Origin: Vulcanimicrobiota bacterium | GTDB taxonomy: Bacteria > Vulcanimicrobiota > Vulcanimicrobiia > Vulcanimicrobiales > Vulcanimicrobiaceae | Reading direction: 5' to 3' | Length of the DNA stretch: 64,000 bases | Assembly (NCBI GenBank): GCA_963714015.1 | Contig: OY970223.1 | Span: forward strand, 1,280,001 to 1,344,000 | In this document: positions 28,786 to 40,193 of the stretch, piece after piece | How positions within the stretch are numbered: position 1 is the first letter of the stretch | How the letters are laid out: each line of letters begins with the position of its first letter | The notes under the pieces: model-generated | Seen by the model: the letters and a program-made list of their open reading frames with translations, nothing else | What the model was told of the DNA's origin: nothing | The model's database searches: none | Made by a program: the position numbers and the translations under genes

Positions 28786-30568
28786 GTGAAGAATGCATTA
28801 TCCCGACTTGAAATCGTCTTCGTGCTTGGTTTCGCATTTTTGACGGCTTGCGGCGGCGGCGGTGCCGGCGGAAGCTCGGCTCAATCGGCCGGCGGAGGAC
28901 TTATGCCCGCCGCGCCGTCGACGCCCCAGCCCAATCAGAGTTGGCAAGGTCCGGTCGGCTACTTGCAGAGCGGCGGGCCGCTCATTAGTACCGGAGCGAT
29001 AACGCACGGTACTCGGCAAGCAATTGTGGCGGTGATGTCGGGCGATACCGCATCGGGAACGTCGTTCAGTCCCGACAATTTGACGGTCGACACGCAGGGC
29101 AGCAGCTCGCCCAGCAGCTTACGGCGATCCGCCGGGATGCGGGCCCGCCGGTCGTTGATCTCGCAAGTCGTGCCCGTTGAGGCGCACCCGGCGGACGATT
29201 CCGCGCTGCTGCAAAAGCTTCGCGGCATTGCGGCTCCCGGCGCTCGCGCACAATACTCGGAGCGGCGACGCGAGAGCGTCGTTCCCTCGAATCCCGCTGT
29301 TGGTTCGACTGCATCGATTTGGGTCGAAGACGGAGTCGGCACCAACTACAGCGTCCAAGTTCCGGCGACGCTCGTCGTGCAAACCGCTCATGGAAACATT
29401 TGGATGGACGACACGCTGCGCAATACGGCGGCGTGGAGCAATGCAGCTCAGATAGGAACCGACTTCGAAAACGGTTACGTCTCGGACACGGCGCACTTCG
29501 CTCATCCCGATTATCCGGATAGCGCGCCCGGGCTGCAGGCTCAATATCAATCATGCGATTCGAGCGGTCACGTCACCGGTACGGGCAGCGGGTACATCAC
29601 CGAGCCCATCGACCATCGAGTGGACGTCATGGTCGTGAACTCTGCAGACTTGGGGGGATACGGCGGATACTTTTCCGCCGCGAACCTGATGAATCAGAGC
29701 GCTCTAAACTGCCTTGGCGGATCGTATGAATCGAACGAAGCGCCGTTCATTTTCGTCGGATGGTTCCAGAGCCAGAGTTCGGACTACGAGCTTCGCGAAG
29801 ACATGGTTCGCGGGACCGCCCACGAGCTTCAGCATCTCATCAATTTCGTGAACCACGCGCTGCTCCCGGAAGGCTCCTCGAGCCCTTCGTTCAACGGTTC
29901 GGAGTCGCCGTTCATCAACGAGGGCCTTTCAATGCTCGCCCAGGACTTGGCGGTGCAAAAAATGTACGGCGCCCAAGGCGTCAACTTCGATGCCGACGAT
30001 GCGCTCGCGCGTGCCGATGCTTATTTGTCCAATCCGGGCAACTTTTCGATCAGCACGTTCGCGGGCGTCGATTCGACCGAGTGGGGCGGCGGCGGATCGC
30101 CGCGCTACAACTGCTTTGGCGGCTGTTACGGCGGCGCGTATCTCTTCGAGCGTTATCTGCACGATCGCTTCGGAGGCGATTCCTACACGCACGCGATCGA
30201 AACAAGCGGCTCCGTCGGTCCGCAGAACCTTCAGAACGTCACGGGAGAGAGCTCCAGCGACCTGCTCGACGACTTCGCGCTTGCGATGGCCGCGAACGCG
30301 CTGGGTGTGAACAGACTCCGGGCGCTTCGCGTTCGGAACGCTGGGCCTTTCGGGAACGTACGCCGATCAGTTCGGCGAGCAGAAGACGCTCGGCGGTCTC
30401 TACGCTGCGGCGATTTCTGCCGGCGGATCCGTGAACGTTCAGGCGCCGCTCGGAGGATTCACGTTCGTTTCAGTGGCGAGCGTTCCGGCCTCGGGCGTTC
30501 CGCTGACAGTAACCGATCACGCCTCCGTCGGCGGCTTTGCACTCACAGGGGGCCTCGCAGAACACTAG
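28786..30568 (+). CDS. Lipoprotein zinc metallopeptidase, M30-like (frameshift near 30315)
   Basis: Lipobox LTAC; GGYF, AHELQHLINF, NEGLS; plausible C-terminus in shifted frame ends at TAG 30568. Confidence 0.75.
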
Positions 30569-30734
30569 GGCCCGTTAATACATTATCGCATAGCCCGTAT
30601 ATCCGGCCCTTTTTCGCTCTCGCGGCGTTGCTGCGGCTGCCACAATGCTGCGGCATTGCGTCAGTCCTCGCGCCTTGCGAGAACAAAAAATGACCGCATA
30701 TCCGAACCATGGACAATGTGTTAACGGGCCCTAG
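30565..30734. mobile_element. Miniature inverted-repeat element (MITE-like), 170 bp
   Basis: Ends CTAGGGCCCGTTAATACATT and AATGTGTTAACGGGCCCTAG (19/20 inverted match), CTAG at both boundaries, no ORF. Confidence 0.8.
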
Positions 30735-30752
30735 CGCGAACCTGCCAGGCCC

Positions 30753-31640
30753 ATGCCCAAAACTCAGCACTGGCAGTGGTACGTCGAAGAGTTTTTTGCG
30801 ACGGAGCAGCATCATCACGCGATAGAGCGCGTGTATTTCGCGGGCAAGACGCCCTTTCAAAGCGTCGGAGTCATCGAGACACCCGTGCTTGGTAAGATGC
30901 TGATTCTCGACGGCGATACACAGAGTGCCCAGCACGACGAGAAAATCTATCACGAGTCGCTCGTCCATCCCGCGCTCGCGGCAGCGCGCGATCGATCTCA
31001 AGTGCTGATCTTGGGCGGCGGCGAAGGTGCGACGCTTCGCGAAGTCTTGCGGCATCCCGGCGTCAAGCGCGCCACCATGGTGGATATCGACGGCGAAGTC
31101 GTCGAACTTTCGAAGAAGTTTCTCCCGGAATGGTCCGCAGGAGCCTTTGACGATCCGCGTGCGCGCGTGATCGTGGGTGATGCGCTGCAATTCTTGGCGC
31201 GCGACCGCGAGATGTACGGAGCGATCATCTCCGATTTGACGGAGCCGCTCGCGGACTCGCCAAGCAATCCGCTCTTCTGCGACGCGGTGTTCAAGGACAT
31301 CAAAGGCCGCCTGGACGAGGGCGGCATCTACGTGCTGCAGGCGAGCACGGCCGGCTTTCACAACCTGACGCTCCACGCTAAAATGGCGCGCACGCTGCGC
31401 GCGTACTACAAGCACGTCGTTTCGTTTTACACGCACGTTCCGGCGTTCGACAACGACTGGGCGTTCATCGCGTGCAGCGATGCCGTAGACGTCGCCCAGC
31501 TCCAGGAAGACGCGATCGAGCGCTATTGCTCCGAGCTGCGCGGTGAGAATTTCTTCTACGACGGCATAACGCACCGCCGGCTTTTCGCGCTGCCGCTGTA
31601 CCTTCGGCGGGAACTTGCCAAAACGGGAGACACTTTTTGA
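30753..31640 (+). CDS. speE: Polyamine aminopropyltransferase (spermidine synthase family)
   Basis: LILDGDTQS, YHESLVHP, LGGGEGATLREV, VDIDGEV, DLTEP. Confidence 0.93.
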   Translation: MPKTQHWQWYVEEFFATEQHHHAIERVYFAGKTPFQSVGVIETPVLGKMLILDGDTQSAQHDEKIYHESLVHPALAAARDRSQVLILGGGEGATLREVLRHPGVKRATMVDIDGEVVELSKKFLPEWSAGAFDDPRARVIVGDALQFLARDREMYGAIISDLTEPLADSPSNPLFCDAVFKDIKGRLDEGGIYVLQASTAGFHNLTLHAKMARTLRAYYKHVVSFYTHVPAFDNDWAFIACSDAVDVAQLQEDAIERYCSELRGENFFYDGITHRRLFALPLYLRRELAKTGDTF

Positions 31641-32476
31641 AGCGCTACGCTGATAAGACGGTTCTCGTAACGGGCGGCGGTTCGGGTCTAGGCCGGGACA
31701 TGGCGATTGCGTTTGCCGCGGAAGGCGCCGAGGTTTGCGCGATCGGGCGCCGCGCCGAAGCGCTGGAAGAGACCGCTGCGATCGCTGCTTCGGCCGGGGG
31801 ACGCGTCTTCGGGTTGACGTGCGACGTGCGCGATCCGCAGCGCGTGCAAGAGATCCTCGCGGAGATTGTCCGGCGCACCGGACATCTGGACGTTCTGGTC
31901 AACAACGCCGCCGGCAACTTCGTCGCGCCGGCCGAACAGCTTTCGCCCAACGGTTTCAAAGCCGTCGTCGACATCGTCCTCAACGGGACGTTTCACTGCA
32001 CCCGTTTTGCATTCGAGGAACTGCGCAAAAGCCGCGGCTGCGTGCTCAACATCATTGCAACGTACGCCTGGAGCGGTGAGCCCGGCGCAGTCCATTCGGC
32101 GTGCGCGAAGGCGGGTGTGCTCGCAATGACTCGTACGCTCGCCGCGGAGTGGGGCCAGTTCGGGATTCGTCTGAACGCGATCGCACCCGGTCCGATTCAC
32201 ACCGAAGGGACGGACAAGAATCTCTGGAGCGTCGGAGACGTCGACAAGATCATTGCCCGGCAAATTCCGCTCGGGCGCCTCGGGGAGCCCGCGGACGTTT
32301 CGCGCGCCGCCCTTTGGCTTTGTTCCAGTGAGGCTTCCTGGATTAGCGGCGTCGCGCTGCCTGTCGACGGCGCGCACTGGCTGCATGGCGGGACCCTGAA
32401 TTTCCGGGCTGCATACGACCGGTTAAGCGCGAGCGCCGAGGCAAAAGCAATAGACGAAGGCGGCCTGCGGCGATAG
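31637..32476 (+). CDS. SDR oxidoreductase, 2,4-dienoyl-CoA reductase-like
   Basis: TGGGSGLG, NNAAGNF, HSACAKAG, IAPGPI. Confidence 0.88.
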   Translation: MKRYADKTVLVTGGGSGLGRDMAIAFAAEGAEVCAIGRRAEALEETAAIAASAGGRVFGLTCDVRDPQRVQEILAEIVRRTGHLDVLVNNAAGNFVAPAEQLSPNGFKAVVDIVLNGTFHCTRFAFEELRKSRGCVLNIIATYAWSGEPGAVHSACAKAGVLAMTRTLAAEWGQFGIRLNAIAPGPIHTEGTDKNLWSVGDVDKIIARQIPLGRLGEPADVSRAALWLCSSEASWISGVALPVDGAHWLHGGTLNFRAAYDRLSASAEAKAIDEGGLRR

Positions 32477-32485
32477 ACTGGGGCG

Positions 32486-32917
32486 ATGGACAGCAAGACC
32501 GCGAGTTGGCAGTGGGATAAGGAAAAATCGCACTTCGTCGAGCTCCTCGACCTCAAGCTCGACAGCGTCTCGCGCGGACGCGCGGTGATGCGCATGCCGT
32601 ACCGACCGGAGATCTCCAACGGAACGGGCGCCGTGCACGGAGGCGCGATCGTGAGCCTTTGCGACACTTGTTTCTACGTCGCGCTTGCTTCGATATACGG
32701 ACGCGAGCAAGACACCACAACGGTCGCGCTGCAATGCAATTTTTTGGCACCGGCAGTACCGCCTAATGATTTGGTAGCGGAAGCGACCGTGCTCAAGGCT
32801 GGGCGGCGCGTGGTCTACGGTGAAGTGCAGGTGCGAAGCGGCGAGAAGATGGTTGCTCACGCTACGCTGAATTTCCTGAACACGTATCCCGAGGAGAAGC
32901 CGAAAAAGACCTCATGA
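32486..32917 (+). CDS. PaaI family thioesterase
   Basis: NGTGAVHGGAIVSLCD hot-dog motif. Confidence 0.9.
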   Translation: MDSKTASWQWDKEKSHFVELLDLKLDSVSRGRAVMRMPYRPEISNGTGAVHGGAIVSLCDTCFYVALASIYGREQDTTTVALQCNFLAPAVPPNDLVAEATVLKAGRRVVYGEVQVRSGEKMVAHATLNFLNTYPEEKPKKTS

Positions 32918-34020
32918 CGCTCGAACGAACGGCGGCAAAACGGACTGCGCTCTATGACGAGCACGAGCGCCTGGGCGCCCGGATGATTCCGTTCGGCGGC
33001 TTCGACATGCCCGTGCAGTATGCGAGCATTCTCAAAGAACACGGAGCAGTGCGTCATCGCGCCGGTCTCTTCGATCTTTCGCACATGGCGCAGTTCGTGC
33101 TGGAAGGCGATCGCGTTGCGGAGTGGGCCGACGAACTCACCGTGAACGCCGTCGCGACGATGAAGCCGTACCAGGCGCGCTACAACATCTTCACCAACGA
33201 ATCGGGCGGCGCCCTCGACGACGTCATCTTTTACCGTTTGCCGGATCGCTGGCTTTTGGTCGTCAATGCGGGAAACGCAGCCAAGATGTGGGAGTACTTG
33301 AACGCGCAAGCGGCTCCGGGCGTGAAGCTCACGAGTTTGCACGGCAGCAACGCGCTCATCGCAATTCAAGGCCCAAAGTCGGTACAAATGCTTGCGGCGC
33401 ATACCGACGTCGATATCCAAGCGCTCAAATATTACTTTTGCGCGCAGGGAACCGTGTACGGCAAGAAAGCAGTCATTGCGCGTACCGGCTATACGGGTGA
33501 AGATGGATTTGAACTGTTCGTCGACGGTTCCGACGCCGCTTCGATTTGGAACGCGCTGCTGACCGACAACGCCGGCGGAGGTTTGATCGCCGCCGGTTTG
33601 GGAGCGCGCGACGTTCTGCGTCTCGAGGCGGGAATGCCCCTGTACGGTCACGAGCTCACGGAAGAGATTACGCCGCTGCAGGCGGGCCTGAGTTGGGCGG
33701 TCAAGCTCGGGAAGCCGAAATTCACCGGAAAAGACGTGCTCGAGAAGCAAAAAGAGTCGGACGAGTTCACGCGGATCGCGGGCATCGTAATGGACGGTCG
33801 CGCGCCCGCGCGCGAGGGCTACCACGTGTTCTTGGGCGATCGCCGCGTCGGCGAGATTCGCAGTGGTTCGGTCGCGCCTTCGGTCGAAAACAAAAGCATT
33901 GCCACTGCCCTCGTCGAGAAAGAGGCTGCAGCTCCGGGAACCTCGCTGGTGGTTCATATCCGAGGCACCGCGTATGGCGCTATGGTGCAGCCGCTACCAT
34001 TCTATAAAAGGAGTACCTAA
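32914..34020 (+). CDS. gcvT: Glycine cleavage system T protein
   Basis: [31 protein letters not shown]. Confidence 0.96.
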   Translation: MTLERTAAKRTALYDEHERLGARMIPFGGFDMPVQYASILKEHGAVRHRAGLFDLSHMAQFVLEGDRVAEWADELTVNAVATMKPYQARYNIFTNESGGALDDVIFYRLPDRWLLVVNAGNAAKMWEYLNAQAAPGVKLTSLHGSNALIAIQGPKSVQMLAAHTDVDIQALKYYFCAQGTVYGKKAVIARTGYTGEDGFELFVDGSDAASIWNALLTDNAGGGLIAAGLGARDVLRLEAGMPLYGHELTEEITPLQAGLSWAVKLGKPKFTGKDVLEKQKESDEFTRIAGIVMDGRAPAREGYHVFLGDRRVGEIRSGSVAPSVENKSIATALVEKEAAAPGTSLVVHIRGTAYGAMVQPLPFYKRST

Positions 34021-34397
34021 TTGGCGCAGCCGGCTGATCTCTTGTACAGCAAAGAGCACGAATGGGTCAGAATCGAGGGCGATACGGCGACGGTCGGAAT
34101 CACCGACTACGCGCAAAACTCGCTGGGCGACATCGTTTACGTCGAACTGCCGAAGGTAGGCGCAAGTGTCGCTCCCGCGGGAAGCGTCGGCGTCGTCGAG
34201 TCCGTGAAAGCGGTGTCGGACCTCTTCACACCGGTCGGCGGTGAAGTAACGGAGATCAACTCCGCGCTCGACAACGATCCCGCGCTGGTCAATCGCGAAC
34301 CGTTTGCGGGCGGATGGATGTTCAAGATCAAGCTCGCGGGCCCGGCGCCGCCCATCTTCTTTCACCCGATCAATACGACGCGTTAACGGCTGAGTAA
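34021..34397 (+). CDS. gcvH: Glycine cleavage system H protein (frameshift near 34353)
   Basis: [20 protein letters not shown] (lipoyl Lys); normal C-terminus LLSPDQY in shifted frame. Confidence 0.95.
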
Positions 34398-34430
34398 GCA
34401 AAGCATGCGGCACGGCCGGAGCGCCTTTTA

Positions 34431-35794
34431 ATGTATACACCCCATACGGAGCGTGACGTCGCGCAAATGCTCGAAGCGATCGGCGTTCCGTCGCTCGAGA
34501 AGCTTCTCGAGGTTCCCGACGCGGTAAAGCTTCGCGAGAAGCTCGAGATCGTGCCCGCCCTTTCCGAATCGGACATCGTGCGCAGGTTCGAACATTTCGC
34601 GCAAAAGAACTCCGCTGCGTCGTTCAGGTCCTTTTTGGGTGCCGGATCGTACCGGCATTACGCCCCGCCTGCAATTAGCGCGCTCGCTATGCGTGGTGAG
34701 TTTCTGACGGCGTATACCCCATATCAGGCCGAAGTATCGCAGGGGTATCTTCAAGCGATTTACGAGTGGCAGACGTACATCTGTCTTTTAACGGGACTCG
34801 ATATCGCGAACGCCTCGGTCTACGACGGCGCCACAGCGCTCGCCGAGGCAGCCATCATGGGGATCAACGCCAATGGCCGCAAGAAAGTGCTCGTTTCGCG
34901 CGCGATTCATCCGAACTACCGGGCCGTGCTCAAGACGTACTGCGACGGATTGGAAGTAGAGATCGACGAGCTTCCAATCGGCCGCGACGGAACGACCGAT
35001 CTCCGAAGCGTGAGCGAAAGACTGGCCGGCAAAGAGTACGCCTGCATCAGCTTTGCAGTCGCCCAATTTTTTCGGGAACGTCGACACAGCGGACGACGGC
35101 GTACAAGCGGCCGCGCGCGAGAGCGGAACAGTGCTGGTCGGGGTCGTCGCTGAAGCACTCTCCCTTGCGGCGCTGCAGGCTCCGGCGGCTTGGGGCGCCC
35201 AGATTGTGGCGGGCGAGGCGCAGAGCTTCGGCGTCCCGGTCGCTTACGGGGGCCCTTATGCCGGCTTCATCGCTTCGAGCAACGAACACATGCGCCGCAT
35301 TCCGGGACGTCTGGTCGGCAAGACGCTCGACGTGCACGGAAACGAAGCGTACGTTCTTACTCTCCAAGCTCGCGAGCAGCATATCCGCCGCGAGCGCGCC
35401 ACTTCGAACATTTGCACGAATCAGGCGCACTGTGCGCTGATCGCTACCATCTACCTTGCGCTCATGGGCAAGACCGGGTTGCGCGACGTTGCATCGGCCA
35501 ATCTCGCCCGCTCGCGTCGAGCTCGCCTCACGCGTCGGCTCGATTCCCGGGTGCTCGCTGCAGTTCGAGGCGCCGTTCTTCAACGAGATCGTCGTCAACG
35601 TGCGGCAACCGGCTGCGCCCGTGCTCGCAAAACTCCACGACCGAGGCATTTTGGGCGGCGTGGATCTCGGCCGCTTCTATCCCGAATACTCCGAGTGCAT
35701 TTTAATGTGTGCGACCGAGCTCACCTCGAGCGCCGACATCGAGGCGCTTGCTGCTGCTCTGTACGAGGTCTGTAATGTCCCGGCTCGCGTCTGA
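34431..35794 (+). CDS. gcvPA: Glycine dehydrogenase subunit 1 (frameshifts near 35050 and 35515)
   Basis: YTPYQAEVSQG, NASVYDG, REQHIRRERATSNICTNQ, FFNE. Confidence 0.93.
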
Positions 35795-37289
35795 TCATAC
35801 CGCCTCGCCGCTGATCTTCGAACAGGGCGAAGACGGGCGCGCGAACCGCTACGTCGATCGCGGCGCGCCGCTCACCGATTTTCTTCCGGATTCGGTGCTT
35901 CGAGACGAGTTGCCGCTGCCCGACAACAGCGAACTCGACGTGGTGCGGCACTTCACGCGTCTCTCCCAGCGAACGTTCGGGATCGACGTCGGATTTTATC
36001 CGCTGGGCTCGTGCACGATGAAGTACAACCCGCGAGTGAATGATGCCATGGCAAACCTGCCGGCCCTTCGCGACCTGCATCCCTACGCGCCCGATCGACT
36101 GGCTCAGGGCGCGCTCCAGATCATGTGGGAGCTCGAGCGCAGTCTCTGCTCGCTCTTCGGAATGGCTGCATTCTCGCTTAACCCATCGGCGGGAGCGCAT
36201 GCGGAACTCGCGGCGCTGCTCATTGCAAAGGCGTACTTCAAGGACGGCGGAGAAATTCGGCGCGACAAGGTTATCGTGCCCGACACCGCGCATGGCACGA
36301 ATCCCGCATCTGCCGCGATGTGCGGCTTCAAAGTGATCTCGCTCAAGAGCGACGAGCGCGGACGCGTCAGCGTAGACGAACTGAAGAAGGTCATCGGTCC
36401 CGATACCGCGGTGTGCATGATGACCAATCCCAATACGCTGGGATTGTTTGAGGACCACATCGCCGAGATCGCGCAAGCGGTTCATGCCGTCGGCGGCTTG
36501 ATGTATTACGACGGCGCCAATGCGAACGCGCTGATGGGCAACGCGCGCCCGGGCGACATGGGCTTCGACCTCATGCATCTGAACACGCACAAAACGTTCA
36601 CCATTCCGCATGGCGGCGGAGGCGCGGGCCATGGTCCGGTCGGCGTTGCCGCGCACTTGGTGGACTATCTGCCGACTCCGTACGTTCGCGCCGAACAAAA
36701 AGCGGATGGAGCGCCGGACGCGGCGCCCAGCGACCGATTGACGTTCAGCCTCGACTTCGATCGTCCTAAATCGATCGGGCCGATGCGCTCGTTCTGGTCC
36801 AACTTCGCGCATTGCGTTCGCGCCTTGGCATACATCTACGCAAACGGTGCGGAAGGTCTGACGAAAGTCTCGCAGCTGGCGGTTCTCAACGCAAATTACT
36901 TACGCGTGAAGATCGGCGAGTTTCTCGAAACTCCCTATGACGAAGTCTGCCGGCACGAATTCGTCGCTTCGGCGCAGGGCCTAAAGAAAGATACCGGCGT
37001 TCGGGCGCTGGACATTGCCAAAGCGCTGCTGGATCGCGGCTTCATGGCGCCCACGATGTATTTCCCGCTCATCGTTCCGGAATGCCTGATGATAGAACCG
37101 ACCGAGACGGAATCCAAGGAGACTCTCGACAAGTTCGTCGACGCACTGCGTGAGATCGTTCAGACCGCGCGCGTAAATGCCGACGAAATTCTTTCGGCTC
37201 CGCGCTACACGGTCGTCGGGCGCCTGGACGAGACGCGCGCCGCGCGTCAGCCCAATCTGCGCTGGAAGCCGAAGACGGATCTTCCCTAA
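35775..37289 (+). CDS. gcvPB: Glycine dehydrogenase subunit 2
   Basis: YPLGSCTMKYNP, HGTNPASA, HLNTHKTF, MIEPTETE. Confidence 0.96.
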   Translation: MSRLASDHTASPLIFEQGEDGRANRYVDRGAPLTDFLPDSVLRDELPLPDNSELDVVRHFTRLSQRTFGIDVGFYPLGSCTMKYNPRVNDAMANLPALRDLHPYAPDRLAQGALQIMWELERSLCSLFGMAAFSLNPSAGAHAELAALLIAKAYFKDGGEIRRDKVIVPDTAHGTNPASAAMCGFKVISLKSDERGRVSVDELKKVIGPDTAVCMMTNPNTLGLFEDHIAEIAQAVHAVGGLMYYDGANANALMGNARPGDMGFDLMHLNTHKTFTIPHGGGGAGHGPVGVAAHLVDYLPTPYVRAEQKADGAPDAAPSDRLTFSLDFDRPKSIGPMRSFWSNFAHCVRALAYIYANGAEGLTKVSQLAVLNANYLRVKIGEFLETPYDEVCRHEFVASAQGLKKDTGVRALDIAKALLDRGFMAPTMYFPLIVPECLMIEPTETESKETLDKFVDALREIVQTARVNADEILSAPRYTVVGRLDETRAARQPNLRWKPKTDLP

Positions 37290-37312
37290 CGCGTTCGGCC
37301 GGCGTTCTTTCG

Positions 37313-37743
37313 TCAGCGCGTCGTGAAAGTGCCGATGGTCTGGACGCTCGGGTAGCACGGACTCGGCGGAAAGGTTTGCGAGATGGCGTACGTCGTTCGT
37401 GCTTCCAGCGCGGGAACCCGATATGCCGCGAGGAGGTCAGGCGACGGCACGTACGGCGTCCCGGTAGGCGTCGGTATGGGACTGGGCACCGGGGTAGGGG
37501 ATAGACCCGAACTCACGACGGTGGCTCCTTGCGTGAGCCGGACGGACGGAATCGCCTTGAATGTCAGGACGAGCGGAAAATTCCCGTCGGGAACGTCGGC
37601 CGCGCCGTTGGCCGGATAAACCATTTGCGGCGCGGCCGGTATGGCTATCATGCAGACGTCCGGACGGGTGCTTTGCGGCGCGCAGCCCTGAAAGCTGCGG
37701 TGGCCGCCGCCATACCGAGAATACCCCAAGCAATAGTACGCAA
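37313..37743 (-). CDS. Hypothetical lipoprotein, Pro-rich (frameshift near 37690)
   Basis: GGAGG RBS, TTG start, hydrophobic leader joining QGC lipobox-like site in the next frame; ends GTFTTR. Confidence 0.6.
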
Positions 37744-37826
37744 TGCTGACCCTCCGGCTGATGGCCCTAGACTAAAAAGGGCTATACGCAGCCCATATGA
37801 GCCATTCCTGCCTTCGGCGTTGACGC

Positions 37827-39371
37827 TTAGTTTTGCGAGGCCCGCACGATGAGCTCGGGCCGCGACGTAACGCCGAAAACTTTGAAGATCGCTTTGATGT
37901 GGTTCCGAACGGTGAAGGTGCTGCGTCCGAGCTCCTTGGCGATTTGGGCCGTTCCGCGCCCGTCCATCAGCAGGTCGAACACCGCTCGCTGCGCCGGCGT
38001 AAGCCGGTCGAGCTGCGGCGACGCGCAGGCGCGGACCCGGACACGCGGTTCCGTGCCGGTCTCGCGGTCGCGCAGCATCCAGTGCGCGGATACGGCCTGA
38101 GCGCTTCGAGCGCTCTTGCGCGCCAGGAGTCCTCTTCGCCGAGCTTCGCCAGGGCCAATGCGGCGCGCGCTGCGCGCCAATAGATTCCCAGGCGCGCGTA
38201 GATCGCGTAAGCGCGCGAGAGAAGCCGCGTTGCTTCCTCGTTCTCACCGAGGGCCGCCTGAACTTTGCCCAGGGAGTATGCTTCAAGCGCCTCGACTCGG
38301 CGATCGTTCGCCGAAGAAAGGACCCGGGGATACTTGTTGCCCACACTTCGAAACGTTGCTGCATAGTTGATCGCGACGGACGGATCGCGCTCGGCAAACA
38401 TCTCCGCAAGGACGGGCAGCGCGAGCTTCTCTTCGCCCGCAACGGCGTTCCAATCGATCGTCGCGGCGAGCTCGTGAGCGTCGCGCAGCTCTTGCTCCGC
38501 CCAACGATATTCTCCGAGTGCTGCTGCCAGATATGCCCGATCGGTGAGTGCCGCCACGCGCCATGCGGCGGATCGAGTTACGGCTACGGCTTCCTTCAAA
38601 CGCCGAAAAGCGCTGAATTCATCGCCGTCCAACGCGTGGCGCCACGCGACTGCGCGCAAAGCATGAAAGTGAAAGTCGCTGATGTCGGCGGTCCAGCGCA
38701 CGCGGCCGATGTTTTGATTCGCGGCATCGCGCAGCTCGCTGCCCGGGAAGCTCGACGGCGAGCGCCGCGATGTGCGTCACCAGCATCGCGTGCAGGTATA
38801 CGTTGACGGGCGCGCCGCGAGTTCGCTGCAGAGCCTCGAGCAGAATAGCGCCTTGAGCGGGAAGATTCTCGGACGCCGATGCAATTGCGCCTTTGAGCAG
38901 GCTGGTCTGCAGCTGCATCTCCGGATCCGCATTCGCCGGAAACTCCGCGAGCACGGCAGATGCTTCATCCAGCCGGCGCTCGATCCACAGGTTTGCTGCG
39001 GTTTGGAAGATCAACTCGCCGTAAAGTGCGTCTTGGGGGCGTATGCCGGATCGCGCCTCTGCAAGTTGCGCCTGTGCGGATTCCGGGTCTCCAAGGCGCG
39101 CAAATGCGACGCCTTTGAGCAGTACGCTCTCTGCCTTATGCAGTCGCGAAAGCGCACCGCGAAGATGTCGCGTAAGAATCCCAAGCGCACCGGCCGGGTC
39201 CCCGCGACGCAACTCCACGCGAGCCGCAAGCAGAGCAGCCTCGGGCGTTTGCCGGCCGGATTCGAGCACTAGCGCTAGACGTTTGGCAGCAGACTCGAAT
39301 TGCGCGAGGTAAAACTCCTCACGCGCCAGCGCAACGTCATTTGCGGCCGGCAGGGCACGGTCGTTTTGCAT
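37827..39371 (-). CDS. LuxR-type regulator with long TPR-like N-terminal region (two frameshifts)
   Basis: C-terminal LTPAQRAV...IAKELGRSTFTVRNHIKAIFKVFGV; helical segments in ORFs 38619..39371 and 37967..38701. Confidence 0.85.
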
Positions 39372-39451
39372 CGCGCGTTCGGCTTCGACGCGCTAGCGGG
39401 ACAAGCCCTTATGGACCGAGTATAGCCTTATTGAGCCACAAGGGAGCGCCG

Positions 39452-39734
39452 ATGCGGAAGTTGTTCTTTCTCCTGCTCTTATCCGGCATTATCGCGTCTG
39501 GCTGCTGCCTGCAATACGAACGGCGGAATTCCGGCTATTACGGGCGTGCCGACTTCTTCAAACAGTCCCAGCCCCAGCCCGAGCCCTTCAACCTCTCCGG
39601 GAAGCGGGCAGGCCCGAGTCGAGGCATGCGCGCGGTCGTCGACCGGTCACGTATCGACAAAAGCGCGGGCACTGACCACTTCGTGCACGAGCGAGGCTTT
39701 ACGATTTCCGAGGTTGTCGTGGCAGCGGCAGTGA
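39452..39734 (+). CDS. Small Ser/Pro-rich lipoprotein (frameshifted, 3' end uncertain)
   Basis: GGAG RBS; MRKLFFLLLLSGIIASGC lipobox; SPSPSPS linker in shifted frame. Confidence 0.5.
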
Positions 39735-40193
39735 TGGCGTTGATGGCTGCGGCCGGCTTTGGCATGAGCCTCTCAGCGCATCCGGCAGCGATGCAGGACG
39801 GCCGCTACACAGTTCGATGCTGCGATGGCGGATGCGCGATCGCTGGCCGCAGCCGGCGATAACGGTGCGACGGTCGTCCTCTCCGGCAGTTTCATGATGG
39901 TCTATTCCGGGCGGCCTACCGCCGCCGGCGCCCTGAGATCTGCGGGGTTCGCGCCCATGCCGATCGCCGGTGTCACGGTGCGCGAGGCGACCGCCGGGCC
40001 GGCTCCGCTGGCAATCTTCGTGGATGCCGGTGGCCACGTGACGGCAGCGCGTTTTTCCGGGGCGACTCCGCCTCCGCTTACTCAAGAACCGGACTGTCCG
40101 CCCTCGGGCCGATGGGTCTTTACGCTGCAAGACGGTCGTGCGCAAGAGAGCCGATCGTTCGCTTGCAACGAGCCGGTTTCCGGAGGGCCATAA
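39683..40193 (+). CDS. Prepilin-type (type IV pilin/pseudopilin) protein (frameshift near 39800)
   Basis: ERG|FTISEVVVAAAVMALM class III signal; helix FDAAMADARSLA. Confidence 0.7.
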
